DNA of 13,968 bases from a virus (taxonomy: Duplodnaviria; Heunggongvirae; Uroviricota; Caudoviricetes). Position numbers and translations under genes: made by a program. Where the stretch lies: positions 1 to 13,968 of IMG/VR virus record IMGVR_UViG_2537562191_000040, one strand, 5' to 3'. The notes under the pieces are model-generated. The model saw only the letters and a program-made list of their open reading frames with translations, made no database searches and was not told the DNA's origin. The stretch's first letter is position 1; each line of letters begins with the position of its first letter. Positions 6,666 to 13,968 of this stretch are shown piece after piece.

Positions 6666-6955
6666 TGGTGAATTTACGTAAAGCGGCTAAAGGCCAGATA
6701 TGCCAGATCAGAATCCCTGGCTACTGCAATCACAATCCCGAAACCTCTGTGCTGGCGCATTACAGGCTGGCGGGAACGTGCGGAACAGCGATAAAGCCAC
6801 ACGATATGCAGGCAGCGATTGCCTGTAACTCATGCCACGATTTAATCGACGGGAGAGTAAAAACCAGCGATTACACCAAAGAAGAATTGCGCCTGATGCA
6901 TGCAGAAGGTGTTTTTCGCACACAAGAGATCTGGAGAAAGGACGGTTATTTATGA
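6665..6955 (+). CDS. YbcO-like (DUF1364) Cys-rich putative nuclease (96 aa)
   Basis: 96 aa with conserved cysteines (CQIRIPGYC ... CGT ... CNSCHD) and ...NPETSVLAH..., matching the DLP12 YbcO pattern as I recall it. Its stop overlaps the next gene's start (ATGA). Confidence 0.7.
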   Translation: MVNLRKAAKGQICQIRIPGYCNHNPETSVLAHYRLAGTCGTAIKPHDMQAAIACNSCHDLIDGRVKTSDYTKEELRLMHAEGVFRTQEIWRKDGYL

Positions 6956-7506
6956 TTTACCCAACGAACACAGGAAAAAGCGGAGAGCACCTTCGTCTCA
7001 CCACGCTGGAAAGTGTCTGGATTCAGGGGAAACTACGTATGTGGGGGCGCTGGTCGTATATTGGCGGCGGTAAGACGGGAAATATGTTCAACCAGTTGCT
7101 GACCTCTAAAAAGCTGACAAAAACGGCAATTAACGAGGCGCTCCGGAGGATGAAAAAAGCAGGTCTGGACAAACCTAAACTTGAGGCTTTTTTGCGGGAT
7201 ATGATCAACGGCAAGCAAAAAAGCTGGCTGGTGCATTGTACCGATTCAGAGGCGTTAATAATCGACAGGGTTATTGGTGAAGTACTGGCAGGTTATCCCG
7301 GGCTGCTCAATGTTCTGAGTCAGCGTTATGTGGGGCGGGGGATGACTAAGCGCAAAATGGCTGAACTGCTGAATGATGCACATCCGGAATGGAGTTTAAG
7401 AACCTGTGAAAGACGCATTGAGCATTGGCTAAAGGTGGCAGAATTTATTTTGTACAAACCAATGGTTATGGCTTTTGGTATAGAGAAAAAAGTTATTGCT
7501 TTTTGA
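6952..7506 (+). CDS. Putative late-gene antiterminator Q-like protein (184 aa)
   Basis: Assigned mainly from position: just upstream of the tR'-like hairpin, the tRNA genes and the lysis cassette. The start at ATG 6952 is chosen over the ORF-track start at 6832 because of the ATGA overlap with the upstream stop. Confidence 0.5.
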   Translation: MIYPTNTGKSGEHLRLTTLESVWIQGKLRMWGRWSYIGGGKTGNMFNQLLTSKKLTKTAINEALRRMKKAGLDKPKLEAFLRDMINGKQKSWLVHCTDSEALIIDRVIGEVLAGYPGLLNVLSQRYVGRGMTKRKMAELLNDAHPEWSLRTCERRIEHWLKVAEFILYKPMVMAFGIEKKVIAF

Positions 7507-7583
7507 CGTAAAAACTGCTTCAATTCCGGTAAGCTTCGCAAAGCTGTATCGCGAGGCGAACCAAACGCATGAACTTTACCAGA
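7503..7583 (+). promoter_or_regulatory. Putative late promoter (pR'-like) and Q-utilisation region
   Basis: A TTGACG -35-like hexamer overlaps the Q stop (7503-7508). I found no convincing -10. The call rests on position between Q and tR'. Confidence 0.25.
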
Positions 7584-7607
7584 ACCCGCCATTGAGCGGG
7601 TTTTTTA
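7584..7607 (+). terminator. Rho-independent terminator (tR'-like): ACCCGC-CATTGA-GCGGGT followed by TTTTTT
   Basis: GC-rich hairpin plus T-run read from the sequence, about 80 nt downstream of the Q stop and upstream of the tRNAs. Confidence 0.7.
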
Positions 7608-7645
7608 TTGCGGAATTAATTACGGACCGTTATTATTCTGCTCCC

Positions 7646-7721
7646 GGCCCTTTAGCTCAGTGGTGAGAGCGAGCGACTCATAATCGCCAGGTCGCTGGTT
7701 CAAATCCAGCAAGGGCCACCA
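7646..7721 (+). tRNA. ileZ: tRNA with CAU anticodon, most likely tRNA-Ile2 (ileZ-type, lysidine-modified) rather than tRNA-Met
   Basis: Cloverleaf folded by hand: acceptor GGCCCTT/AAGGGCC, D-stem GCTC/GAGC, anticodon loop CTCATAA, T-arm GCTGG-TTCAAAT-CCAGC, encoded CCA. Stx-type phages carry ileZ at this position. Confidence 0.8.
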
Positions 7722-7821
7722 TCACAAACCGCCATTAGCTTATCAGGAAGAGCAGACGACACCATAACAGGGTTGTTGGTGCGGGGGCGGGTCCCCGATG
7801 GCGGTCCATTATCGGTATTCT

Positions 7822-7898
7822 GCGTTGTTAGCTCAGCCGGACAGAGCAATTGCCTTCTAAGCAATCGGTCAGTGGTTCGACTCCACTACAACGCGCCA
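7822..7898 (+). tRNA. tRNA-Arg (anticodon UCU, reads AGA)
   Basis: Cloverleaf folded by hand: acceptor GCGTTGT/ACAACGC, D-stem GCTC/GAGC, anticodon stem ATTGC/GCAAT with loop CTTCTAA, T-arm AGTGG-TTCGACT-CCACT, encoded CCA. Confidence 0.85.
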
Positions 7899-7910
7899 CA
7901 CTTATTTTCC

Positions 7911-7936
7911 AGGCTCGCTTCGGCGGGCCTTTTTTG
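7911..7936 (+). terminator. Rho-independent terminator (8-bp stem AGGCTCGC/GCGGGCCT with one G-U pair, UUCG tetraloop, T5)
   Basis: Read directly from the sequence, immediately 3' of tRNA-Arg. Confidence 0.7.
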
Positions 7937-8067
7937 TATCTGCGCCACGCCCGGCGCATATCAACCACAGAGCCTTTCGGGGGTGAGCTTACGGAGTGGT
8001 CAGTGTGACTTTCTCTGTGGGCAGATCGCTCCCGGGCGTTGGCTCACCCACCCAAAGGAACGTCACG

Positions 8068-8499
8068 ATGTTTGGAATCTTCAAAAAGAAAACCCGCAGA
8101 GCGGCAGCGGAAATTAAAAAGTTTGAGAAACGCGATCTGGCACAGGCGGTGATTAACGCTGCATACCTGGTGGCCTATGCAGATGGTGAATGCGAGGCAT
8201 CCGAGAAAGCGAAGATCGAACAGGTCTTACGTAATCAGCCTGCGTTGTCTGCGTTTACCTCGGAAATTAATGCGATTAGCGCAACTATTATCGGTCAGCT
8301 GGATACCAATTTTAAAATTGGTCGTCGTGCCGCGTTACGCGAGATTGAGGATGTGAAACACGATACGCGTGAAGCGGAAGATGTGCTGGATGTGGCGGTG
8401 GCCATTGCGGAGGCAGACGGCGAAATTGAGCCGGAAGAGCGCAAGGTGCTGGAAGAGATTGCCGGTGTTCTGGGTCTTCGTCTGGAGAATCACCTGTGA
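8068..8499 (+). CDS. TerB-like (tellurite-resistance TerB domain) protein (143 aa)
   Basis: ATG at 8068 with an AAAGGAA Shine-Dalgarno sequence. Repeated AxADGE...E...L elements (AYLVAYADGECEASEKAKIEQVL, VAIAEADGEIEPEERKVLEEIAG) fit the TerB domain. It occupies the position where stxAB lie in Stx phages. Confidence 0.55.
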   Translation: MFGIFKKKTRRAAAEIKKFEKRDLAQAVINAAYLVAYADGECEASEKAKIEQVLRNQPALSAFTSEINAISATIIGQLDTNFKIGRRAALREIEDVKHDTREAEDVLDVAVAIAEADGEIEPEERKVLEEIAGVLGLRLENHL

Positions 8500-8663
8500 C
8501 GGTAAAACTGCGCCTGGCTGTGGCTGCACTCCTGCTGTTTCTGGTGGTGATGGTGGATTTCACCAGCAGAATCATGTCGGTGCTGGCGGATGGGGTGCTG
8601 GTCTGCGGCATTGTGGTATTGCTGTGGCCGGTGATAAAAAGAAACAGCCTGCATAATGCTTGA
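8496..8663 (+). CDS. Possible small membrane protein (55 aa, start GTG overlapping the TerB-like stop; alternative ATG at 8550)
   Basis: Strongly hydrophobic (LAVAALLLFLVVMV ... VLVCGIVVLLWPV). It is below the ORF-track cutoff and the start codon is uncertain. Confidence 0.3.
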   Translation: MTVKLRLAVAALLLFLVVMVDFTSRIMSVLADGVLVCGIVVLLWPVIKRNSLHNA

Positions 8664-8830
8664 TTTTTTTGTTTGCTGTTTATTAAAAACACTTCTGCAT
8701 GGTGAATCCCCCTGTGCGGAGGGGCGATCAGCAACCAGGTATATGGGATAATCGCGGATTCAGGTGCTGATACTGAATTCACCGGGAGGCACCCGGCACC
8801 ATGCAAGAAAAAGAATGTGCATGCAAACAT

Positions 8831-8854
8831 GCCCCTCTCCGGAGGGGCTTTTTT
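8831..8854 (+). terminator. Rho-independent terminator (perfect 7-bp stem GCCCCTC/GAGGGGC, loop TCCG, T6)
   Basis: Read directly from the sequence. It lies in a roughly 400-bp non-coding stretch and has no obvious upstream CDS. Confidence 0.6.
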
Positions 8855-8981
8855 ATGGGTAAAAAATGCCCGAATGGGTTCGGGCAATAGCATGAGATAC
8901 TGATATTGTTGTGTTGTTATCGTGTGGATTTTAACCAGGGTTTATCAGGCTGCGCAACTGCGTGGCCTTTTTTCATTTCTT

Positions 8982-9026
8982 GGGCTGTAGTCCCCGTGTG
9001 TCATTCAGGCTTCCGGACTACAGCCC
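8982..9026. repeat. Inverted repeat with 12-bp perfect arms (GGGCTGTAGTCC ... GGACTACAGCCC) around a 21-nt spacer
   Basis: Read directly from the sequence, about 45 bp upstream of the esterase start. Confidence 0.6.
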
Positions 9027-9069
9027 ACTCCATATCTGATTTAATACACTATCCCGGCCGGGAGGAATA

Positions 9070-10923
9070 ATGACATTTAAACATTATGATGTTGTCAGGG
9101 CGGCGTCGCCGTCAGACCTTGCGGAAAAGCTGACACACAAACTGAAAGAGGGCTGGCAGCCATACGGCGGACCGGTTGCCATTACGCCGTACACACTGAT
9201 GCAGGCGGTGGCTATTGAAGGAGAGCCACAGGTCGGCCCTTCATCTGAGCCGGATTGGTACTACGTCATCGTACTGGCCGGGCAGTCCAATGCCATGGCT
9301 TACGGTGAAGGGCTTCCGCTGCCGGATTCATACGATGCTCCGGATCCGCGCATTAAACAGCTGGCGCGCCGCAGTACAGTGACGCCGGGCGGGGCTGCCT
9401 GCAGATATAACGATATTATTCCGGCTGACCACTGTCTGCATGATGTGCAGGATATGAGTACGCTGAATCATCCGAGGGCTGACCTGAGCAAAGGGCAGTA
9501 CGGCTGTGTCGGCCAGGGTTTACATATTGCCAAAAAACTGCTCCCGTATATCCCGAATAACGCGGGGATCCTGCTGGTACCATGCTGTCGTGGTGGTTCG
9601 GCATTTACCCAGGGCGCGGAGGGGACATTCAGCGAGTCCACGGGGGCCAGTCAGGATTCGGCACGCTGGGGGGTGGGCAAGCCGTTATATCAGGATCTGA
9701 TTTCCCGCACAAAAGCGGCATTGCAGAAAAATCCCAAAAACGTTCTGCTGGCCGTCTGCTGGATGCAGGGTGAGTTTGACATGAGCGCCGCCACCCACGC
9801 ACAGCAACCTGCGCTGTTTACAGCCATGCTGACACAGTTTCGTGCTGACCTCTCCGTGTTTAACGCGCAGTGCCATGGTGGCAGCGCTGCAGATGTGCCG
9901 TGGATTTGTGGTGACACGACGTATTACTGGAAAAATACATACGCTACCCAATACGACACCGTGTACGGCGGGTATAAAAACAGGGAGAGTGAGGGCGTTT
10001 ATTTTGTGCCCTTCATGACAGACGGTAACGGCGTCAATACCGCCACTAACGCGCCGGCAGAAGATCCGGATATTCCGGCATCAGGATATTACGGTGCGGC
10101 ATCGAGAACGAATGGAAACCAGGTATCATCAAACCGCCCGACACATTTCAGTTCATGGGCGCGCAGGAGCATTATTCCGGATCGTCTGGCAACCGCTATT
10201 CTGAACGCAGCCGGGCGCACCTCCGCCTTCATCAGTGGTAAGGCACCGGAAATCAAACCCTCGCCCGGCGGCAACACGCCATCGGGTCCGTCTGCAGATA
10301 CGTCCGTTCGCACAATCTCCCTGCTGCCGGCAGCCGGAGAGGCTGCTGCGCAGGGCTGGAGCATTAAGGATGGCGGAATTCAGTTGTCAGATGGTGTATT
10401 TAAGATCACCAAGCAGAGCAATAAAACCTGGTCCCTGACGCATCCGGTGGATGACGCAATTACCCTGCTGACACAGGGCGGCAGACTGAACTGTAAGTTC
10501 CGCCTGTCAGGCGCACTGACCAACAATCAGTTCGGGCTGGGGATTTATCTGTATACGGATGCTCCCGTTCCTGATGGTGTGGCGATGACGGGTACCGGTA
10601 ATCCGTTCCTGATGTCGTACTTCACTCAGACCACTGACGGCAGAGTGAATCTGATGCATCACAGGAAAGCCGGAAACACGAAGCTGGGGGAGTTCGGCGA
10701 TTACGGTAACGACTGGCAGACGCTGGAGCTGGTGTTCACCGCCGGCAGTGCCACGGTTACTCCGAAACTGAATGGAGTGGCTGGCCCGGCATTCCAGGTT
10801 ATAAAAGACAGTCTGACACTGGGACTGAATGCGCTGACGCTGACGGATGTTACAAAAAATGCAGCGTATGGCGTTGAGATAGAAAGTCTGGTGCTGGAGA
10901 TAAATGCACCGGCATCATCATAA
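9070..10923 (+). CDS. Prophage NanS-p/YjhS-type sialate O-acetylesterase (SGNH/SASA hydrolase, 617 aa)
   Basis: GGAGG Shine-Dalgarno sequence. An N-terminal DUF1737-like region is followed by the SGNH motif [14 protein letters not shown]. The position between the Q/tRNA region and the holin is typical of Stx-type phages. Confidence 0.8.
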   Translation: MTFKHYDVVRAASPSDLAEKLTHKLKEGWQPYGGPVAITPYTLMQAVAIEGEPQVGPSSEPDWYYVIVLAGQSNAMAYGEGLPLPDSYDAPDPRIKQLARRSTVTPGGAACRYNDIIPADHCLHDVQDMSTLNHPRADLSKGQYGCVGQGLHIAKKLLPYIPNNAGILLVPCCRGGSAFTQGAEGTFSESTGASQDSARWGVGKPLYQDLISRTKAALQKNPKNVLLAVCWMQGEFDMSAATHAQQPALFTAMLTQFRADLSVFNAQCHGGSAADVPWICGDTTYYWKNTYATQYDTVYGGYKNRESEGVYFVPFMTDGNGVNTATNAPAEDPDIPASGYYGAASRTNGNQVSSNRPTHFSSWARRSIIPDRLATAILNAAGRTSAFISGKAPEIKPSPGGNTPSGPSADTSVRTISLLPAAGEAAAQGWSIKDGGIQLSDGVFKITKQSNKTWSLTHPVDDAITLLTQGGRLNCKFRLSGALTNNQFGLGIYLYTDAPVPDGVAMTGTGNPFLMSYFTQTTDGRVNLMHHRKAGNTKLGEFGDYGNDWQTLELVFTAGSATVTPKLNGVAGPAFQVIKDSLTLGLNALTLTDVTKNAAYGVEIESLVLEINAPASS

Positions 10924-10997
10924 AAAGTGAGCCAGTCAAATGGAAGGTATCGTTAAACTCACCGGTAGTGTCAGTGGGTCGTCTGAGACGCCTGCAT

Positions 10998-11028
10998 GAG
11001 TTATCAGAGCCATCAGTAGTTAACTGGT
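10998..11028 (+). terminator. Rho-independent terminator (9-bp stem with one G-U pair, 7-nt loop, T6)
   Basis: AGCCATCAG-TAGTTAA-CTGGTGGCT followed by TTTTTT, between the esterase and the holin. Confidence 0.6.
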
Positions 11029-11072
11029 GGCTTTTTTATTGTTGTCAGCTTCCGGATAACGGGAGACGGGGT

Positions 11073-11288
11073 ATGTACCAGATGGAAAAAATCACAACAG
11101 GTGTGTCATACACCACGTCAGCGGTAGGGACGGGATACTGGTTACTGCAACTGCTGGACAAAGTCTCTCCGTCCCAGTGGGTGGCAATAGGTGTACTGGG
11201 GAGTCTGCTGTTTGGCCTGCTGACGTATCTGACTAACCTGTATTTCAAAATCAGGGAGGACCGCCGTAAGACGGCGCGGGGAGACTAA
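11073..11288 (+). CDS. S: Class II holin / pinholin (S21-like, 71 aa) with a dual-start motif (Met1...Met4: MYQMEK)
   Basis: 71 aa with two transmembrane helices and the motif [35 protein letters not shown], close to phage 21 S as I recall it. GGGAGACGGGG Shine-Dalgarno sequence. The true start lies inside ORF-track entry 10968..11288. Confidence 0.85.
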   Translation: MYQMEKITTGVSYTTSAVGTGYWLLQLLDKVSPSQWVAIGVLGSLLFGLLTYLTNLYFKIREDRRKTARGD

Positions 11289-11292
11289 AGCG

Positions 11293-11637
11293 ATGAAGAA
11301 AAAATACGAACTGGTTGTTAAAGAGATAAATAATTACCCGGATAAGATTGCTGTTACTGTGGCACTTGAAATTGGCGGGCATCCGTCGTTGTTGTTGCCA
11401 CATGTGGCGATTAGTCTTGACCGTACTGAAGGTGCCACGCTGGAGTTTTACGAAGCTGAGGCGAAAAAGCAGGCGAAGCAGTTTTTCATGGATGTTGCTG
11501 CCGGGTTATGTGAAGGGGATGGTCCGTTACCGGAAAAGCGTCCCGTAATTTTAGAGGCGCAGGATGTGTTGATAACCTACAGAGGAAAACTACCGGGAAT
11601 AATTACGGGTTCTCTGAAGACTCCACCGCTGGCCTGA
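11293..11637 (+). CDS. Hypothetical protein (114 aa) inserted between holin and endolysin
   Basis: ORF with an upstream GGGAGA Shine-Dalgarno sequence. No recognisable motif, no lipobox, no transmembrane segment. Confidence 0.5.
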   Translation: MKKKYELVVKEINNYPDKIAVTVALEIGGHPSLLLPHVAISLDRTEGATLEFYEAEAKKQAKQFFMDVAAGLCEGDGPLPEKRPVILEAQDVLITYRGKLPGIITGSLKTPPLA

Positions 11638-11687
11638 AGACTTAACATATCCAGGGATTTGAAATCGATAAACCCTGATAAATATCC

Positions 11688-12221
11688 ATGAACGCAAAAA
11701 TCAGATACGGCCTGTCGGCTGCCGTTCTGGCGCTGATTGCCGCAGGTGCGCCTGCGCCTGAAATCCTCGACCAGTTTCTGGATGAAAAGGAAGGTAACCA
11801 CACCACAGCATACCGTGATGGTGCGGGTATCTGGACCATCTGCCGTGGAGCCACCCGGGTGGATGGTAAGCCTGTTATTCCTGGCATGAAGCTGTCGAAG
11901 GAAAAATGCGACCGGGTTAACGCCATTGAGCGTGATAAGGCGCTGGCATGGGTGGAGAAAAACATCAGAGTGCCACTGACCGAACCCCAGAAAGCGGGGA
12001 TTGCGTCATTCTGTCCGTACAACATTGGCCCCGGTAAGTGTTTCCCGTCGACGTTTTATAAACGAATTAATGCAGGAGATCGAAAAGGTGCCTGCGAAGC
12101 GATTCGCTGGTGGATTAAGGACGGTGGCAGAGACTGCCGTATTCGCTCAAATAACTGTTATGGTCAGGTATCCCGTCGTGACCAGGAGAGCGCGCTGGCG
12201 TGCTGGGGAATCGACAGATAA
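11688..12221 (+). CDS. R: SAR endolysin (T4-lysozyme-like, GH24; 177 aa)
   Basis: N-terminal signal-anchor-release segment (LSAAVLALIAAGA) followed by the catalytic E-x8-D-x5-T triad (EGNHTTAYRDGAGIWT). It is paired with a pinholin as in phage 21. Confidence 0.85.
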   Translation: MNAKIRYGLSAAVLALIAAGAPAPEILDQFLDEKEGNHTTAYRDGAGIWTICRGATRVDGKPVIPGMKLSKEKCDRVNAIERDKALAWVEKNIRVPLTEPQKAGIASFCPYNIGPGKCFPSTFYKRINAGDRKGACEAIRWWIKDGGRDCRIRSNNCYGQVSRRDQESALACWGIDR

Positions 12222-12330
12222 GCAGAATATTTTGCTGAAAAATGACGTTGGCCAGCGCGGGCGGATAACACGAAATCCTGCGAACTGGCAAAATGTAAGT
12301 GAATAAAGTTAGGCAGATTATTTCACGCAG

Positions 12331-12358
12331 AGGCACCGTAATGGTGCCTTTGTCATTT
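12331..12358 (+). terminator. Putative rho-independent terminator (7-bp stem AGGCACC/GGTGCCT, loop GTAAT, T-rich tail)
   Basis: Read from the sequence downstream of the endolysin gene. The T-run is interrupted. Confidence 0.45.
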
Positions 12359-12494
12359 CTGCGCTTCGCACAAGCGTAAATAAACCAAAGAACCTTTCAG
12401 GATGAGCCCTGGTGGATAACCGGCAGTGGTCTGGTTAACCCTCTTTGGGCTGGTTATTCCTGTGCGCAGGGTTCATCACTAAAAGGAATCAACC

Positions 12495-13034
12495 ATGAAA
12501 GAGATGATTTCTGTCGATCATGAAATATCCATGAGTAGTCTGGATTTTCTGAATAACATTATTAATCCAGCCCGGGCAGAAGCCGGAGAAGTCCCTCATG
12601 AACCGCGTAAGTTTCTTGCAAAAATTGAGGATGAGCTAGAGCTTGATGGAACCGGAAAAAAATTCCGGTTAAACAATAACCAGACAAGAACGGCATACTA
12701 TGATCTGGATTTTGACCAGATGATGCTCGTTGGCATGAGGGAGTCAAAGGCCGTTCGTCGTTCTGTGCTGGCAAGACTCAAAGCGATGCATGGTATTCAG
12801 ATCCCCCGGACTTTACCTGAGGCGTTGCGATTTGCGGCAAAACTGGCTGAACAGAAAGCAGTGCTGGAAAATCAACTGGCAATAGCAGCGCCGAAGGCTG
12901 AATTTGTTGATAACTATGTTGAAGCATCTGGTCTGATGGGATTCCGGGAAGTTGCTAAGTTACTCGGTATCAAAGAAACCGATTTCCGGCTGTTTGAACC
13001 GCCCCGGGTTTCCTGGAGAGTGTTTTATCTGTGA
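12495..13034 (+). pseudogene. Phage antirepressor-like protein (Rha-like N-terminal region plus KilA-C/Ant-like region), 3' end truncated by IS insertion
   Basis: AAAGGA Shine-Dalgarno sequence. Motifs YYDLDFDQMMLVGMRESKAVRRSV and FREVAKLLGIKETDF. From about 12995 the reading frame runs into the IS terminal repeat, so the last roughly 13 codons and the stop are IS-derived. Confidence 0.6.
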
Positions 13035-13768
13035 ACTCAGGCTGCCAGATCATCGTTTCCGATGGAAGCATAATAAGCTTTTTCTGCTTCTGCCGGAGGA
13101 GTATGGCCCAGCCTTCCCAGCAATCGTCGATTGTTATACCAGTCCACCCACGTTAGTGTGGCCAGTTCCACTTCTGCACGGTTTTTCCAGCTCTTACGGT
13201 GTATTACCTCCGCTTTGTAAAGACCATTGATGCTCTCAGCCATCGCGTTGTCATACGAGTCGCCTGTACTCCCTGTTGATGCCAGTAATCCGGCTTCTTT
13301 TAGTCGCTCCGTATAGGCCAGTGACACATACTGAGAGCCTTTATCGCTGTGATGGATGGTGCCAGACGGACGACGGGCCCACAACGCCTGCTCCAGCGCA
13401 TCCAGCACGAATGTCGTTTCCATAGACGATGAGACCCGCCACCCCACGATGTATCCGGCAAACACATCAATGATAAACGCCACATAGACGAAGCCCTGCC
13501 ATGTGCTGACGTAAGTAAAATCAGCCACCCACAGCTGGTCAGGTCGTTCTGCCACGAACTGACGGTTTACGCGGTCGCCTGCGGCAACGGCTTTCCGGCT
13601 GATGGTCGTACGGACCTTTTTACCCCGGAGAACACCGGCAAGTCCCATAACCGCCATGAGACGTGCCACTGTACATCTGGCCACCCTGATTCCTTCCCGT
13701 AACAACTGACGCCAGACTTTACGCACACCGTACACCTGATGATTTTCATCGTATACGCGCTGTATCAC
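12995..13768 (-). mobile_element. IS3-family (IS629/IS3411-like) element, 3' part only, inverted relative to the copy at 18-813
   Basis: Reverse complement matches positions about 43-813 in every segment I spot-checked, apart from the 1-bp G-run difference. Homology ends at 12995 (terminal ...TGAACC) and at about 13768, beyond which the sequence is unrelated to copy 1. Confidence 0.8.
13037..13768 (-). pseudogene. IS3-family transposase OrfB fragment (frame intact, N-terminal part and orfA missing)
   Basis: ORF-track protein 13037..13783 (248 aa). Only the first few residues are non-IS sequence. It carries the DDE-transposase region ending ...ASIGNDDLAA. Confidence 0.75.
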
Positions 13769-13803
13769 ACACGCCGGGCGCAATCCGTCTGTGCTGGCAC
13801 TGC

Positions 13804-13968
13804 GATAACCAGCTGCGCGATCAGTTCACGGAACGGCTGGAATCAATGGCAACGGATAACTGTACCCGCTGGGTGTTGTCTGTTGTGCGTCGGGATCTCG
13901 GTTTTGATGACAGTCACGTTGTGACAATGCCGGAACTGTGCTGGTGGCTGATTCGTAATGACCTGGCG
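13804..13968 (+). other. Unidentified partial ORF running off the window end (...NQLRDQFTERLESMATDNCTRWVLSVVRRDLGFDDSHVVTMPELCWWLIRNDLA)
   Basis: Open frame with no stop before the window edge, in a different frame from ORF-track entry 13739..13924. Identity unknown. Confidence 0.2.

Larger units (their letters stand above)
814..12994 (+). mobile_element. Lambdoid prophage segment (nin region, Q, tRNAs, lysis cassette, antirepressor), probably cryptic/defective
   Basis: Gene order matches Stx-type lambdoid phages: YbcO-like, Q-like, tR' hairpin, tRNA-Ile2 and tRNA-Arg, NanS-p esterase, holin, endolysin, antirepressor. Both ends are cut by IS copies and spanin genes are missing. Confidence 0.8.

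Noticed and set aside
6832-6951. Upstream extension of the Q-like ORF from ATG 6832
   Set aside because: It would overlap almost half of the YbcO-like gene in another frame. ATG 6952, with its ATGA overlap to the upstream stop, is the more plausible start.
7722-7821. Possible third tRNA (argN-like) between the two tRNA genes
   Set aside because: I could not fold any cloverleaf or find a T-loop consensus (GTTCRANTC) in this interval. Not confirmed with tRNAscan-SE.
7937-8067. Long-range 8-bp complementarity (GGGTGAGC ... GCTCACCC) and a 6-bp hairpin in the TerB-like 5' leader, considered as a riboswitch or leader structure
   Set aside because: Too short and unsupported by any recognisable riboswitch consensus. 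Noted only as possible 5' UTR structure.
8312-8893. 193-aa minus-strand ORF (also 9416..9951, 10089..10364 and 11642..12025 on the minus strand)
   Set aside because: Long antisense frames across GC-rich + strand genes (TerB-like, esterase, endolysin). Typical of high-GC frame persistence, with no independent support.
10968-11072. N-terminal 35 codons of ORF-track entry 10968..11288
   Set aside because: This extension spans the esterase terminator hairpin. The holin almost certainly starts at ATG 11073 (MYQM dual start, good Shine-Dalgarno sequence), giving the canonical 71-aa product.
12001-12306. 101-aa + strand ORF considered as a possible Rz/Rz1 spanin
   Set aside because: It starts inside the endolysin gene in another frame and has neither an N-terminal transmembrane segment nor a lipobox, so it is not a spanin.
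1-13968. CRISPR arrays, rRNA genes, integrase or attachment sites, stx toxin genes
   Set aside because: Looked for and not found: no short direct repeats with regular spacing, no rRNA-like segments, no tyrosine or serine recombinase ORF, and nothing resembling StxA/StxB between the tRNAs and the esterase.

Overview
The window is a segment of a lambdoid, Stx-phage-like but stx-negative prophage (nin region, Q antiterminator, tRNAs, lysis cassette) in an enterobacterial background, bracketed by two inverted, truncated, near-identical copies of an IS3-family (IS629-like) element at about 18-813 and 12995-13768. An AT-rich island of about 4.2 kb (about 1716-5900) sits in the nin region. It carries a C5-cytosine DNA methyltransferase (2067-3218, +) convergent with a translationally coupled two-gene operon on the minus strand: a MORC/MutL-like GHKL ATPase (4175-5566) and a 329-aa protein with no motif I can recognise (3186-4175). 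This trio is the best candidate for an undescribed restriction- or defence-type system. Downstream phage genes are a DUF1367-like protein, a YbcO-like protein, a Q-like antiterminator, a tR'-type terminator, tRNA-Ile2(CAU) and tRNA-Arg(UCU), a TerB-like protein, a NanS-p-type esterase, a dual-start pinholin, a SAR endolysin with no spanin genes, and an antirepressor gene cut by the right-hand IS copy. The first 17 nt of the window match one end of a loxP site exactly, which suggests an engineered or recombinant origin. All calls come from reading the sequence and the ORF track; no searches or computations were run, and family assignments are from memory of conserved motifs.
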